NCBI GenBank assembly: GCA_963665115.1
Contig: OY762007.1
Location: 8,352,001 to 8,416,000, forward strand
Length of the DNA: 64,000 bases
From: an uncultured Rivularia sp.
GTDB lineage: Bacteria; Cyanobacteriota; Cyanobacteriia; Cyanobacteriales; Nostocaceae
Direction of reading: 5' to 3'
Shown here: positions 43,707 to 54,683 of the stretch, piece by piece
Numbering within the stretch: position 1 is the first letter of the stretch
Layout of the letters: each line of letters starts with the position of its first letter
Made by a program: the position numbers and the translations under genes
The notes under the pieces: generated by a model
What the model was told of the DNA's origin: nothing
Database searches by the model: none
What the model saw: only the letters and a program-made list of their open reading frames with translations

Positions 43707-44883
43707 TTAAATTTGCCAAAATTGCCACCAAGGACGTTGTTTATTTGTCCCAAAAAAGCGTTCGTTGCTGAATTCTTCTCGATGAAGTTGACCTGTTTTT
43801 ATATTTAACCAAAATGGCATCCAAGATTCTTCATTTGAAAAGAATTCTCCTATTATTACTTTACTAGCGTAGATTTTTATTTTACGAATATTATTCCACG
43901 ATATATCTGTATATTCCCAAATAAAGCCTTCCTGGTCGTAACATATGAGATAAGAATTGTTTACAAATAAAATCAAAGATGATTCAATACGTTTTGTAGG
44001 AAAATATTGTTTATAGCGTTTCTCAATCTGGTGAAGTACAGCTTTCTTTATCTCCCCTCTCCTTAATAAGGAGAGGGGTTAGGGGTGAGGTTTTGATATG
44101 TACCTTGATAGACCGGGAAGCGCTATAGTATATTTATCTATTCCTTCAATTTTAGAAGTAATTTTACCGCCAAAACTCTCTAATAAGTGTTGGTCTTCTG
44201 GATTAATTATATATCCTTGACCTTTTGAAATTACAATTAAATCAATTCTATTAGGATGCGAGTATATTGCAGAAAACTCCGATATTCCTGGTTGAAAGCT
44301 AGCAATCCAGTTAATACCTGAATCTGGTATGATTTCGACAACTAATTCTTCTTCCTGGCTTTTGCTGTCTGTAGCAATAAACTTTTTAGGAGTAGAATTA
44401 ACTGGGATAACTGATAATATTCTAAATTCTTCTAAAATATATTTTTCTAAACTTTCATCCCATTTTAATTTTGACTCTTTGGCTTTAATCCATTCTGCTA
44501 TTTCTGCGGGATTTTGCAGTGGATCTAGATGAGCAGGAGTTGGCAAAAGTCTTGTGATGACATAAGAAAACCCTTTCCAACGAACCAAATCATGTGGAAT
44601 ATTATCGAGTATGTCTTGATAAACATCTAATCGACCAAATGTAAACAAACAAACCTACGCATAGAATAAAGATAAAAAACCTTTTAGATCTTATTATATT
44701 CTCCGATTCTCCTTCATTAATTAGTTGTAACAACTTGCTTTTTTCTCTTTCGTACTCAGATTTTAAAAAATTATATAAATTTATATCGTTCTTCAAATTA
44801 GGAAAATCTTGACTTGCTTTAGAAGAATCAGTAGGTCGAATTATTTCCCTATAACGTCTTGCATCAGAAATTTTATCTGTCAT
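43707..44883 (-). pseudogene. Hypothetical gene broken by a MITE insertion (44014-44125) and a frameshift/stop near 44650-44690
   Basis: ORFs 44602..44883, 44079..44648 and 43707..43976 are collinear; excision of the MITE fuses the last two in frame. Confidence 0.65.
44014..44125. mobile_element. 112-bp MITE-like element with TA target-site duplication
   Basis: TIRs TAGCGTTTCTCAATCTGGTGAAGTACA / TGTACCTTGATAGACCGGGAAGCGCTA, TA at 44012-44013 and 44126-44127. Confidence 0.8.
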
Positions 44884-44986
44884 AAGTTAAAAAAAATTAT
44901 GATAAAAAAATATAGGGCAAGCCATCAGCCCACCCTATAATAAATCACTATTAAATTTAAAACTTAATACTTACAAACTGGCGGAT

Positions 44987-46060
44987 TTACCTTTCCACAA
45001 CTTCCCTTACCAATTGCGCTAATTTTTCAGCACTTTCGGGAACTGCAACAGTTTTAGCTTTATCGCTCATCTCTTGTAATTTATCGGGAGACTGCAATAA
45101 TTCCAAAACCTGAGTTTGCAATTTATCTGCGGTTAATTCTTTCTGCTGAAATAATATCCCCGCTTCTGCTGTAGTATATACTTCAGCGTTGTAGGTTTGA
45201 TGGTCTTCTGCTGCGTAAGGATACGGAATTAAAATCGCTGGAGTACCGCATACGGCTAATTCCGTGACGCTACCAGCACCGGAACGACTTATCGCTAAGT
45301 TTGCTCGCTGTAACAATGCTGCCATGTTATTGTAAAACGGCATCGAAATATACTGGGGATGCTTTAAACTATCGGCTTCAGGATCTTGATCGCCTGTTAA
45401 ATGCACTACATAAGCACCAGCCTCAAACCATACAGGGGCACTTTCACGCACTAATTTATTTACAGATACTGCCCCTTGAGAGCCGCCGAAAACGACTATT
45501 ACGGGTACATCTTGAGGAATTTCTAAATCTAATGATGCTTCAATTCCCGGTTCTAAAAATGCTCTTCGTACAGGGGTGCTAGTATATATAGTTTTCTTTT
45601 TAGGTAAATATTTTGCAGCAGCTTCAAATCCCACTGCAACCGCATTACACCAAGGACCGAAAAAGCGAGTTACTTTACCGGGTAAAGCGTTGGATTCGTG
45701 AAGAATAACGGGTAAACCCAAAGAACGAGCAGCAATTACAGAAGGACCAGAAATATAGCCTCCTGTAGTGAAAACCCCGTCAAATTTGCCTTGTTTAAGA
45801 ATTTTTCTAACTTGTAGAATCGAACCAACGAGTTTACCCAAGGTGAGTAATGAAGAAAAGCCCAAACCTTTCTGGAACCCTTCAACTCCAATAGTATTCA
45901 ATTTATATTGTTTGGGAACCAGCTGCGTTTCTAACCTATTGGGGACACCCAGCCATTCAATTTGATAATCTGGCAATTGTTCCGCAAGTGCGATCGCCGG
46001 AAATAAATGTCCGCCAGTTCCGCTGGCTGCTATAAGTAATCGTATAGGAGCGTCTTGCAT
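44987..46060 (-). CDS. murG: Undecaprenyldiphospho-muramoylpentapeptide beta-N-acetylglucosaminyltransferase
   Basis: SGTGGHLFPA, TGGY, HESNALPG, GGSQGA, SRSGA, DHQTYNA. Confidence 0.97.
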   Translation of the reverse strand: MQDAPIRLLIAASGTGGHLFPAIALAEQLPDYQIEWLGVPNRLETQLVPKQYKLNTIGVEGFQKGLGFSSLLTLGKLVGSILQVRKILKQGKFDGVFTTGGYISGPSVIAARSLGLPVILHESNALPGKVTRFFGPWCNAVAVGFEAAAKYLPKKKTIYTSTPVRRAFLEPGIEASLDLEIPQDVPVIVVFGGSQGAVSVNKLVRESAPVWFEAGAYVVHLTGDQDPEADSLKHPQYISMPFYNNMAALLQRANLAISRSGAGSVTELAVCGTPAILIPYPYAAEDHQTYNAEVYTTAEAGILFQQKELTADKLQTQVLELLQSPDKLQEMSDKAKTVAVPESAEKLAQLVREVVER

Positions 46061-46162
46061 TAACCCTTTACCCTGTTAGCGCCAAAGCTTGAATAAGATA
46101 AAACAATTTCCTGGTTTTTTGTAGGCTCATCCGGAATCTCACCTTTAAAGGAAAGTTCTAGA

Positions 46163-47098
46163 ATGAATAATACATCAAAACAGCAAATAATTACTGTAGT
46201 TAAATTACCTACAACATTATCACCAATGCCTAACTTTAATACCTTAATACCCGCACGAAAATCAAGAGTTACTAGTAGCCGTTGGGCAATTTTATTTATC
46301 TTGACACTCGGTTTATCTACTGGTTGGAAAGCAGCCGAGGCAAATGTACCACAAAATACATCTTCTCAACTCAAACTCAGAACTCTCTTAACCCAAAGTA
46401 GAGCGCAAACGCAAAATGCACCTCCTCAACTCAGAACTTTATTAACGCAAATTGATGCAGCTGCAAATCGTCGTAACATCAAGGGTGTTATGAACTTTTA
46501 TAGCCCTCGTTTTGTTCATGGAGACGGATTAACCCGTTCCAGCATGGAACAAGCTGTAACTTCTTTGTGGAAAAATTATCCAACATTGAGATACAGTACC
46601 AAACTAGAATCTTGGAAAACCCAAGGTAATACTATTATTGCCGATACGGTAACAAATATAGTTGGTTTACCTTCGGTCAACAATAATAAACTAGCCATGA
46701 ATGCTACTATTAAATCGCGTCAGCGCATTGTTGATGGTAAAATCATTCGTCAAGATATTTTATCGGAACGCACTCAACTTACTTCCGGTGTTAATCCTCC
46801 TAAAGTAGATATTAATTTACCCGAAAAATTAAAAGCCGGACAGCGTTATTATTTTGATGCTATTGTCAACGAGCCTCTGGGTGATAGTTTTCTCTTAGGT
46901 GCGGCTCTTGATGAAGCCGTACAACCAGGAAAATATCTCAATCCTACACCTGTAAACTTGGAATTACTTTCCGCAGGTGGAATATTTAAAGTTGGAAGAG
47001 CGCCCACAGCTCCCGGCAATCAATGGATTTCTGCGGTATTGGTACGAGGAAATGGTATGACTATGATTACTCAGCGCGTGCCAGTAGTGAGAAGATAA
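46163..47098 (+). CDS. Exported NTF2/SnoaL-fold protein conserved in cyanobacteria
   Basis: Signal peptide, AANRRNIKGVMNFYS..HGDGL, AGGIFKVG; start uncertain (46163 or 46226). Confidence 0.75.
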   Translation: MNNTSKQQIITVVKLPTTLSPMPNFNTLIPARKSRVTSSRWAILFILTLGLSTGWKAAEANVPQNTSSQLKLRTLLTQSRAQTQNAPPQLRTLLTQIDAAANRRNIKGVMNFYSPRFVHGDGLTRSSMEQAVTSLWKNYPTLRYSTKLESWKTQGNTIIADTVTNIVGLPSVNNNKLAMNATIKSRQRIVDGKIIRQDILSERTQLTSGVNPPKVDINLPEKLKAGQRYYFDAIVNEPLGDSFLLGAALDEAVQPGKYLNPTPVNLELLSAGGIFKVGRAPTAPGNQWISAVLVRGNGMTMITQRVPVVRR

Positions 47099-47269
47099 GA
47101 ATTAGTTAGTGGTTAGTTGTTAGTAGTTAGTTGATAGTAGAACTGCATGACGTTTAGTTGCAATGAGTTGCGAGTAAATCAATAAATCTTCTAGAAGTAC
47201 AAAAACTCCCGTGCTTAACAACTATTAACCAACGACTAACCACTATCAACTAACAACTAACTCTTATTT

Positions 47270-48040
47270 ATGGCTTCAATTAAAAATCAAATTGTCTTAA
47301 TAACTGGTGCAAGTAGTGGTATCGGTGCATCTTGCGTCAAATATTTTGCTTTATCGGGTGCAAAATTAATTTTAGCTGCGCGACGCTTGGAACGCTTGCA
47401 GCAACTTGTAGAGAATTTACAATTACCATCCGAAAATGTTCATTTAGTAGAACTTGATGTGCGCGATCGCAATGCTGTAGAATCTGCTATATCTAAATTA
47501 CCTAGTGAATGGTCGAATATCGATATTCTGATTAACAATGCTGGTCTTAGTCGCGGTTTAAACAAGCTGCAAGAAGGTAGCTTCCAAGATTGGGAAGAAA
47601 TGATTGATACTAATGTTAAAGGTTTACTTTATCTGACTCGCTACGTAGTTCCAGGAATGGTAGAACGTAATAAAGGTCATATAGTTAACATTGGTTCAAT
47701 AGCCGGACATCAAACTTATCCCGGTGGTAATGTCTATTGTGCCACTAAAGCCGCAGTTAAAGCAATTTCCGAAGGTTTAAAACAAGATTTATTAGGAACA
47801 CCGATTCGTGTAAGTTCGGTAGATCCCGGTTTAGTAGAAACAGAATTTAGCCAAGTAAGATTTCATGGAGATAATGAGAAAGCAAATAAAGTATATCAAG
47901 GATTAACTCCCCTCACCCCCGATGATATTGCCGATGTCGTATTATTTTGCGTAACTCGTCCGGCGCACGTTAATCTCAGCGAAATATTGTTAGTACCAAC
48001 AGATCAAGCGAGTGCAACGATGGTAAATAGAAAGGTCTAA
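47270..48040 (+). CDS. Classical SDR oxidoreductase (YdfG-like)
   Basis: TGASSGIG, NNAG, YCATK, ETEFS. Confidence 0.93.
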   Translation: MASIKNQIVLITGASSGIGASCVKYFALSGAKLILAARRLERLQQLVENLQLPSENVHLVELDVRDRNAVESAISKLPSEWSNIDILINNAGLSRGLNKLQEGSFQDWEEMIDTNVKGLLYLTRYVVPGMVERNKGHIVNIGSIAGHQTYPGGNVYCATKAAVKAISEGLKQDLLGTPIRVSSVDPGLVETEFSQVRFHGDNEKANKVYQGLTPLTPDDIADVVLFCVTRPAHVNLSEILLVPTDQASATMVNRKV

Positions 48041-48042
48041 TG

Positions 48043-48496
48043 GTAGGTTGGGTTAGACACGAAAATCAATTTGAACTGTAACGAGTAATTATTATTATCG
48101 TGTCGTAACCCAACATCACGACTATTTGAAAACATATAAGCTCGTTTACAATATGAGCATTACGAGATAAATTTTCTACCCGATTGAAAAAAATATCAAA
48201 ATCAAATAAATACTTCATATTTCTCCGTTCTACTAGCTTCACTCAATAACTTCCCATGTATCAAGAGGTATTGCTGGAGCAATCAAGTCTCCTAAGATTT
48301 CACAACTTCCCCTCATCGCTCCAAAAGTTGGACGTTTGGATTGATTTTAGCAGGATAAATAATTACCAAAGGTTCCTCTTGGTAGGTAACAGTTAAAGGT
48401 GTTTTTTTACGTTGTACTTCTTGAAATAATTGCTGAATATTTTCGGGTAAATTGTCGTTACAGTGAAATTTGGTTTTCGTGTCTAACCCAACCTAC
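48043..48496. repeat. REP-doublet element of the 7099-7277 family enclosing foreign coding remnants
   Basis: GTAGGTTGGGTTAGACACG at the left end and CGTGTCTAACCCAACCTAC at the right end. Confidence 0.8.
48120..48456 (-). pseudogene. Decayed Phd/YefM-like antitoxin followed by the start of a possible PIN/VapC toxin
   Basis: Hand translation ..LPENIQQLFQEVQRKKTPLTVTYQEEPLVIIYPAK/KRPTFGAMRGSCEILGDLIAPAIPLDTWEVIE* (no start, one frameshift, stop at 48239), then GGAG RBS and MKYLFD at 48218. Confidence 0.62.
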
Positions 48497-48608
48497 GACT
48501 AGCTGCGTTAAGTTAATTGGGAATTGGGAATTGGTAATTGGGTATTGGGCATGGATAATTGATTTATAACCTTTAACCTTTGACTTTTGACCTTTAACCT
48601 TATTTATC

Positions 48609-49262
48609 ATGGCATCAACAACTGGGAATCAAATAGATTTTACTCAAAAGCTGCTTGAATTAATGCAGCAAAAAAATATTTCTAGTTTCAAAGCTTTAAG
48701 TAAATTAGCTGGTGTTTCGGAATATCAAATACAGCGTTTGCGAAGAGGAGAAATTCAGCAAATGCGTCTAGAGTTTTTAGTTAAACTATCGCAAGCGCTA
48801 CAAATAGATTTGAGTGAATTGATCGTTAATTTCTCGCAAATAGCATTAATCAAACAGCAAAGCTCATCAAAAGAAATAACAGACTTAAAAAAAGAATACG
48901 AACGTTTACAAAAGCAATTAGAAAATCAAGAAAAATTATTACTTGCTCAGTTTCAGCAATCGAGTTTACAAATCCTTGAATCATTATTAATTCAATTTCC
49001 TACAGCAGCACAAAGAGCCAGAGAAAATCGTCAGTTACCAGCAGCTAATATCATTCCATTAATAGAAAAACCGATTACAAGACTTTTGCAGGAATGGGGA
49101 ATTGAAGCCATTGCATCGGTAGGTACAGAATTACCTTACGAACCCGAAATCCACCAATTAATCGAAGGCGATGCACAACCTAGTGAAAAAGTCAAGATTC
49201 GTTATACTGGCTACCTTCAAGGAGATAAGTTACTGTATCGAGCGAAAGTGAGTCCGGTTTAG
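48609..49262 (+). CDS. XRE-type HTH protein with coiled coil and GrpE-like C-terminal domain
   Basis: LSKLAGVSEYQIQRLRRG HTH; YEPEIHQ..VKIRYTGY..LLYRAKV. Confidence 0.82.
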   Translation: MASTTGNQIDFTQKLLELMQQKNISSFKALSKLAGVSEYQIQRLRRGEIQQMRLEFLVKLSQALQIDLSELIVNFSQIALIKQQSSSKEITDLKKEYERLQKQLENQEKLLLAQFQQSSLQILESLLIQFPTAAQRARENRQLPAANIIPLIEKPITRLLQEWGIEAIASVGTELPYEPEIHQLIEGDAQPSEKVKIRYTGYLQGDKLLYRAKVSPV

Positions 49263-49384
49263 GGAGATGGGAAGAGTTAGGAATTAGGAGTTATAGATAT
49301 AAAATTCTTAACTGTTCCCTGTTCCATGTTCCCTGCTCCCTCCTAAAAATTTCTCTTGTTTTGTGTTGAAAGAGAATGAATTCC

Positions 49385-49393
49385 GGGAATACT
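49385..49393 (+). promoter_or_regulatory. Putative SigJ-type extended -10 (J-box) GGGAATACT
   Basis: Exact match to the Nostoc punctiforme J-box consensus, about 115 bp upstream of the kinase ATG. Confidence 0.5.
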
Positions 49394-49506
49394 AATTAAA
49401 TGCATATCGGCTGACGGACGGTTTATGGGTTAAGTGAAGTCGCGTGCATTGAATTAAATCAGCATCTAACTAAAGCTAAAACCTTTACGGCAATAGGAAT
49501 TTGGGG

Positions 49507-52500
49507 ATGAATAAAGATAAAATCAAAAATGAATCGTCCTTTGAAAGGGAGGCCGCAGTCCAAGAGGATTTGCAAACGCAGCACTGTGTTAATTTTTCGA
49601 CTGATTTTCTGCTAATGGTAATTAACGGTACTTCTGACCCTATTTTTGTCAAAAACCGTCAACATTGTTGGGTGCTGGCTAATGATGCGTATTGTAATTT
49701 TGTCGGACGTAGTAGGGAACAAATTATCGGTAAATCCGATTTCGACTTGTTCGATAACGAAGTTGCTGATGCATCTTGGGAAAAAGATGAATTTATTTTT
49801 ACTACGTTTAACCAAAATGAATCTGATGAATGTATCACAGATGCAGATGGAAGAAAACGTTTTGTTGCGATAAAAAAATGTGTGTTTGAGGATGAAGAAG
49901 GAAATCGGTTTCTGATTAGTACCATTCGAGAATTAACACAGCAAATTAATCAGCAATTTCAAGTAGAAACGCGACTGCGTGAGTCTAAGATATTGTTAGA
50001 ACAGGTTTTAAATAATATTCCGCAAGCACTTTTCTGGAAAGATTGTAATTCGGTTTATCAAGGTTGTAATAGCTTTTTTGCAGCAATTGCGGGAGTCGGG
50101 GATCCAAAATTAATCAAGGGTAAAACTGATTTTGATTTACCTTGGAAAGAAGAGGAAGCCAATTGGTTTCGTCTTAACGATAGTCGCGCCATTGAATCTA
50201 AAATGCCCGAAAGTATTGTTAAACCACAACTACAAGCAGATGGTAGACAATGCTGGTTGGAAGTCAACACAATTCCGATTTGCGATGCAATGGGGAATGC
50301 TCAAAGTGTTTTAGGAACCTTGCAAGATATCACAGACCGTAAGGAAATAGAAGTTACTTTACAGAAGTTATACGAAGAGTTAGAAATTAGAGTTCATCAG
50401 CGAACTTCCGAACTTACTAAAGTAGTTACCCATTTACAGCAAGAAATTAAACAACGCGAAGCAATAGAAAACCAGTTTCGATTGAGTGAGGAAAAACTAC
50501 AGAAACTGTCTGCAAATGTCCCTGGTATGTTATATCAATTTAAACTAGGGGCTGATAATAAATTTAGCTTTCCTTATATTAGTTCTGGCTGTCTTGAAAT
50601 CTACGAACTTCTCCCGGAACAGATTATTGCTGATGCTAGTTTGTTTATTTCCTGCATCCATCGAGATGAGCGTGAAGATTTTGAAAAATCAATTGCTAAT
50701 TCTGCTCGGAGTTTGGAAGCTTGGCAGTGGGAAGGAAAAGTTATTTTAACTTCTGGAAAAACAAAATGGATACAAACCGCATCCCGTCCGCAAAAACAGC
50801 AAGATGGTTCGATTATTTGGGATGGGGTGGTGATGGATATAACTCCTTTAAAACAAGCTGAAAAAGCTCTAAAAAGGGCCTATGCTGATTTAGAAAAACG
50901 AGTAGAAGAGCGAACTCAGCAGTTAATGCAAAGTAATCAAGCGTTGCAAAAAGAAATCGCAGAACGTCATTCAGCACAATCAGAACTTTTAGCTTCTCGT
51001 CAAAGATTATCGCTATTAGTAGAACAAACACCTTTAGCAGTGATTGAATGGGATACGGATTTTAAAGTACAAGAATGGAATAAAGCCGCAGAAAGTATTT
51101 TTGGATATACAAAACAAGAAGCGATTGATAATTACTTCGAGTTTATAGTTTCTCAAGCCGTATCAGAACAAATTCATCAATTGAAGAGTGCATTATTATC
51201 GCAGAAAGGTGGAACGCGAATCGTCACCGAAAATATTACCAAGGATGGTAAAACGATTATTTGTGAATGGTATAACAATCCTTTGGTGGCTGTAAATAGT
51301 AAAGTGTTTGGTGTTGCGTCTTTAGTACTTGATATTACCGAACGGGAACGATCGGAAGCAACCTTACAAGAACAAGAGCAGTTCCTCCGGAATATTTATC
51401 AAGGAGTCGAACAACTGATTTTCGTTGTTAACGTTTTAGATAATAATGAGTTAGTTTATGCTGATTGGAACTCAGCCACCGAAAAAGCTACAGGCATAAA
51501 AGCCACAGAAGTAATCAGTAAGTTTCCTGAAGAAGTATTCGGTGACATTCAAGGTGCAAAAATACGTCAACGATTTATCAGATGCTTGGAAGCAGGTATA
51601 CCTATAACTTACGAAGAAAATCTAGTTTTCCAAGCGAGAGAACATTGTTGGTTGACTACACTTAATCCTCTAAGGAATGCAGAAGGCAAGATTTATCGGA
51701 TTGTAGGAACGTCATTTAATATTAACGATCGCAAACAAGCAGACACACAGTTAAAACAGCAAACGCAAGAGTTAGAAGCAGCCCTTAACGAACTACAAAA
51801 CACCCAAATACAGTTGGTACAAAGTGAAAAAATGTCTTCATTAGGTAGTTTGGTTGCAGGGGTAGCTCACGAAATTAATGACCCTACAAACTTAATCTAC
51901 GGTAATATCAATCACGCTAATAATTACGCTCAAGACCTTTTGAAACTACTCCAACTTTACCAGCAATATTATCCTCAGCCTGGATTGGAAATAAAAGAAT
52001 TAACTTCCGAAGTTGATTTAGAATTTATTTTAACAGATTTACCTAAATTACTTAATTCGATTAGAGTTGGAGCGCAACGCATCCAAGAAATTCTTGCATC
52101 TTTACATACTTTTTCCCGCGTGGATGAATCTCAAATGAAAAAAGTAGATATTCATGAAGGATTGGATAGTACTTTGATGATCTTGGAGAATCGCATTAAA
52201 GCTAAAAGCGATCGCTCTCAAATTGAAATTATTAAGGAGTATGGAAATTTACCGGAGGTAGAGTGTTACCCCGGACAACTCAACCAAGTTTTCATGAATA
52301 TTTTGACAAATGCTTTGGATACTTTGGAAGAGTCAATAGAACTCAAAAATAAAGCAAATAGCAATCCTCAAATTCAGATTTCCACGCAACTTACTGAATT
52401 AGGCAAGGTCACAATTCGTATAGCCGATAACGGAATGGGAATACCATCCGATATTAAAGAAAAATTATTCGATCCGTTTTTTACAACTAAATCTGCAAGT

Positions 52501-52632
52501 AAAAGTACGGGGATGGGTCTTTCGATTAGTTACCAAATTATTACTGAAAAACATGGTGGTTCAATCGAATGTATCTCCCGATTTGGAGAAGGAAGTGAAT
52601 TTATTATTTCAATTCCGCTTCGTCAAGAATAA
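49507..52632 (+). CDS. Cytoplasmic multi-PAS sensor histidine kinase
   Basis: Five PAS/PAC units (DIT motifs), [44 protein letters not shown]. Confidence 0.93.
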   Translation: MNKDKIKNESSFEREAAVQEDLQTQHCVNFSTDFLLMVINGTSDPIFVKNRQHCWVLANDAYCNFVGRSREQIIGKSDFDLFDNEVADASWEKDEFIFTTFNQNESDECITDADGRKRFVAIKKCVFEDEEGNRFLISTIRELTQQINQQFQVETRLRESKILLEQVLNNIPQALFWKDCNSVYQGCNSFFAAIAGVGDPKLIKGKTDFDLPWKEEEANWFRLNDSRAIESKMPESIVKPQLQADGRQCWLEVNTIPICDAMGNAQSVLGTLQDITDRKEIEVTLQKLYEELEIRVHQRTSELTKVVTHLQQEIKQREAIENQFRLSEEKLQKLSANVPGMLYQFKLGADNKFSFPYISSGCLEIYELLPEQIIADASLFISCIHRDEREDFEKSIANSARSLEAWQWEGKVILTSGKTKWIQTASRPQKQQDGSIIWDGVVMDITPLKQAEKALKRAYADLEKRVEERTQQLMQSNQALQKEIAERHSAQSELLASRQRLSLLVEQTPLAVIEWDTDFKVQEWNKAAESIFGYTKQEAIDNYFEFIVSQAVSEQIHQLKSALLSQKGGTRIVTENITKDGKTIICEWYNNPLVAVNSKVFGVASLVLDITERERSEATLQEQEQFLRNIYQGVEQLIFVVNVLDNNELVYADWNSATEKATGIKATEVISKFPEEVFGDIQGAKIRQRFIRCLEAGIPITYEENLVFQAREHCWLTTLNPLRNAEGKIYRIVGTSFNINDRKQADTQLKQQTQELEAALNELQNTQIQLVQSEKMSSLGSLVAGVAHEINDPTNLIYGNINHANNYAQDLLKLLQLYQQYYPQPGLEIKELTSEVDLEFILTDLPKLLNSIRVGAQRIQEILASLHTFSRVDESQMKKVDIHEGLDSTLMILENRIKAKSDRSQIEIIKEYGNLPEVECYPGQLNQVFMNILTNALDTLEESIELKNKANSNPQIQISTQLTELGKVTIRIADNGMGIPSDIKEKLFDPFFTTKSASKSTGMGLSISYQIITEKHGGSIECISRFGEGSEFIISIPLRQE

Positions 52633-52808
52633 GTCATTTCACTGTTGTCTTAACAGGCTATCTACCATTAAGGAGCAAGTAGCTTCCACTATGAGTGTAG
52701 TGTACATCAAAAAGAAAGAAGAAATACCAGTATTAGATGTTTTAAATCATACATTTTTTTTGATATAAATAAGTTAAGCTGCCATCCTTACATCTACTGA
52801 ATAATAAT

Positions 52809-52926
52809 CTAGTACAGTACGGCGTAAATAAAGCACCCATTTAAAAAGTTTGAAAGCCTTATCATATAATACTTTTTACTTCTGACTTCTTACTTTTGAC
52901 TTTTTACTTCCGCGCAGCGGTACTAG
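52809..52926. repeat. MITE-like element with CTAGTAC/GTACTAG termini and TTTTGAC-type heptamers
   Basis: Same family as 40634-40824. Confidence 0.7.
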
Positions 52927-53081
52927 TATGATATCGATTTATATAATTGTTTATATATTTAATGTTTGAATTCAGAACTGTTAATTAAGAGACTATGCCC
53001 TGGCAAGTTGTCATTAAATGAATTATGATTAATATGGATTAAAATAATAGACGTTTTTTGTAGTAAAAATACTGAGAAACT

Positions 53082-53417
53082 ATGACAGAGCATATTAAAG
53101 TAGTTCAACCCAGTGGTGTTTTAGATGCAACTAGATCGCAAGGTTTTAGGGAAGAAGTTATTAAATCGCTAGAAAGCAAACCAAAAATGGTGTTGGTAGA
53201 TTTAAAAGATATTACTTTTATGGATAGTTCCGGCTTAGGTGCTTTGGTTTTAGCATTTAAAACTTTGAGAGCGTCAGAAACTAAACTGGTACTTTGTTCT
53301 ATTAACGAACAAGTAAAAATATTATTTGAACTTACTGGAATGGACAAAGTTTTTGAAATCTTTTCCAACCAGGATGAATTTCATAAAGCTGTACTTACCA
53401 CTTCCGCGCTTAATTAA
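53082..53417 (+). CDS. STAS-domain anti-sigma factor antagonist
   Basis: FMDSSGLGAL phosphoacceptor motif, LFELTGMD. Confidence 0.94.
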   Translation: MTEHIKVVQPSGVLDATRSQGFREEVIKSLESKPKMVLVDLKDITFMDSSGLGALVLAFKTLRASETKLVLCSINEQVKILFELTGMDKVFEIFSNQDEFHKAVLTTSALN

Positions 53418-54534
53418 AGCCGATTTGAAGTATAGATAAATCATCATCGAAGGTGTTTTTGGAATTCAGATCGACGAGGCAGTTGAGAATATTTTCTAGA
53501 GGGCTGCTAGAAACATGATACAACCGCTTGACCCTTTGGATAAAATTATCAAGTCCCATAAGTTGACCATCAGATAAACTTATTTCATAAGCACCATCAC
53601 TAAAAATATACAGGGTGCTATTTTTCTCAATTTTGTAAAAACCATTAGTATATTTAACCTCTGGAAACATACCAATTGGCATTCCAGGGGTTTTTAATAA
53701 TTGGATATCTTTATTATCAGATAATAAGATAGCAGGTGGATGACCGGCGCTTGAATAAATTAACTCTCGCTTGATTTGATTGTAAACACCATACCAAATA
53801 GTAAAGTATTTATCATTTTGATAACTCATTTGGAAAGTGCTATTTAATGCGTTAAGTACCTCTTTGGGTTGATAATAATTTAAATCTTTTAAGGCACGCG
53901 AGCGTAGTAAATTTAATACCGAAATAGAAGGTAAAGTCGCTTTGAGTCCATGTCCTGCGGTATCGAGCAGGTAAATGGCGAGATAATCTGGGTCTAACCA
54001 ATAATAATCAAAACAGTCTCCACCAAGTTGCTGTGAAGGAATAAATGTATAATTAATATTAAAAGGATGTATCATTGGCGTTGGCAAAAGAGAACGCACG
54101 TAATCAGCAGCCTCTGATAATTCTGCTTCTAAAATTTGCTTTTGAGCCTTTAAATCTTGACTCATTTGATGCAATCTTAAACCAGCCCTCACCCTTGCTT
54201 GCATTTCATTTTGTTCTATGGGCTTGGTGATAAAATCATCAGCACCAGCATCCAATCCTTTAACGCGATCGGCTACGGAATCCAAGGATGTTAAAAGAAT
54301 AAAAAACGTGGTTGATAAATTGGGGTCTTTCTTGATGTAACGACATACATCGAGTCCACTTAATCCCGGCATTAACCAGTCACAAATAATCAGCGCCGGA
54401 CGTGAAGCTACAGCTTTTTCTATTCCATTTTCGCCGTTGCTGACTGCAACTACTTGATAACCCTGCTTTTCCAGCATTCTTTTCAGTAAAATTTGAACGG
54501 CTGGGTCATCATCAATTACTAATATTTGAAACAT
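53410..54534 (-). CDS. Response regulator with SpoIIE/PP2C phosphatase output
   Basis: Receiver (IDDD, CDWLMP, KP) plus GGDCFD, DTAGHG, SDG, DDLS. Confidence 0.94.
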   Translation of the reverse strand: MFQILVIDDDPAVQILLKRMLEKQGYQVVAVSNGENGIEKAVASRPALIICDWLMPGLSGLDVCRYIKKDPNLSTTFFILLTSLDSVADRVKGLDAGADDFITKPIEQNEMQARVRAGLRLHQMSQDLKAQKQILEAELSEAADYVRSLLPTPMIHPFNINYTFIPSQQLGGDCFDYYWLDPDYLAIYLLDTAGHGLKATLPSISVLNLLRSRALKDLNYYQPKEVLNALNSTFQMSYQNDKYFTIWYGVYNQIKRELIYSSAGHPPAILLSDNKDIQLLKTPGMPIGMFPEVKYTNGFYKIEKNSTLYIFSDGAYEISLSDGQLMGLDNFIQRVKRLYHVSSSPLENILNCLVDLNSKNTFDDDLSILQIGFN

Positions 54535-54683
54535 AGAAAGTAGCCGTTTGATAATAAAAAATAATAAATAAAATAGAAAATTGAATAAATCTCTATTAAT
54601 TATGACCCCGATTTAATAGAAAATTACTATAAAGTAACTTCAGACCTCTTTCCCAGTAAAATCTATGCATACCATATGAACGA

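Noticed and set aside
46129..46135. TCCGGA (DIF1 heterocyst promoter motif) between murG and the NTF2-like gene
   Set aside because: A single hexamer with no supporting TSS information
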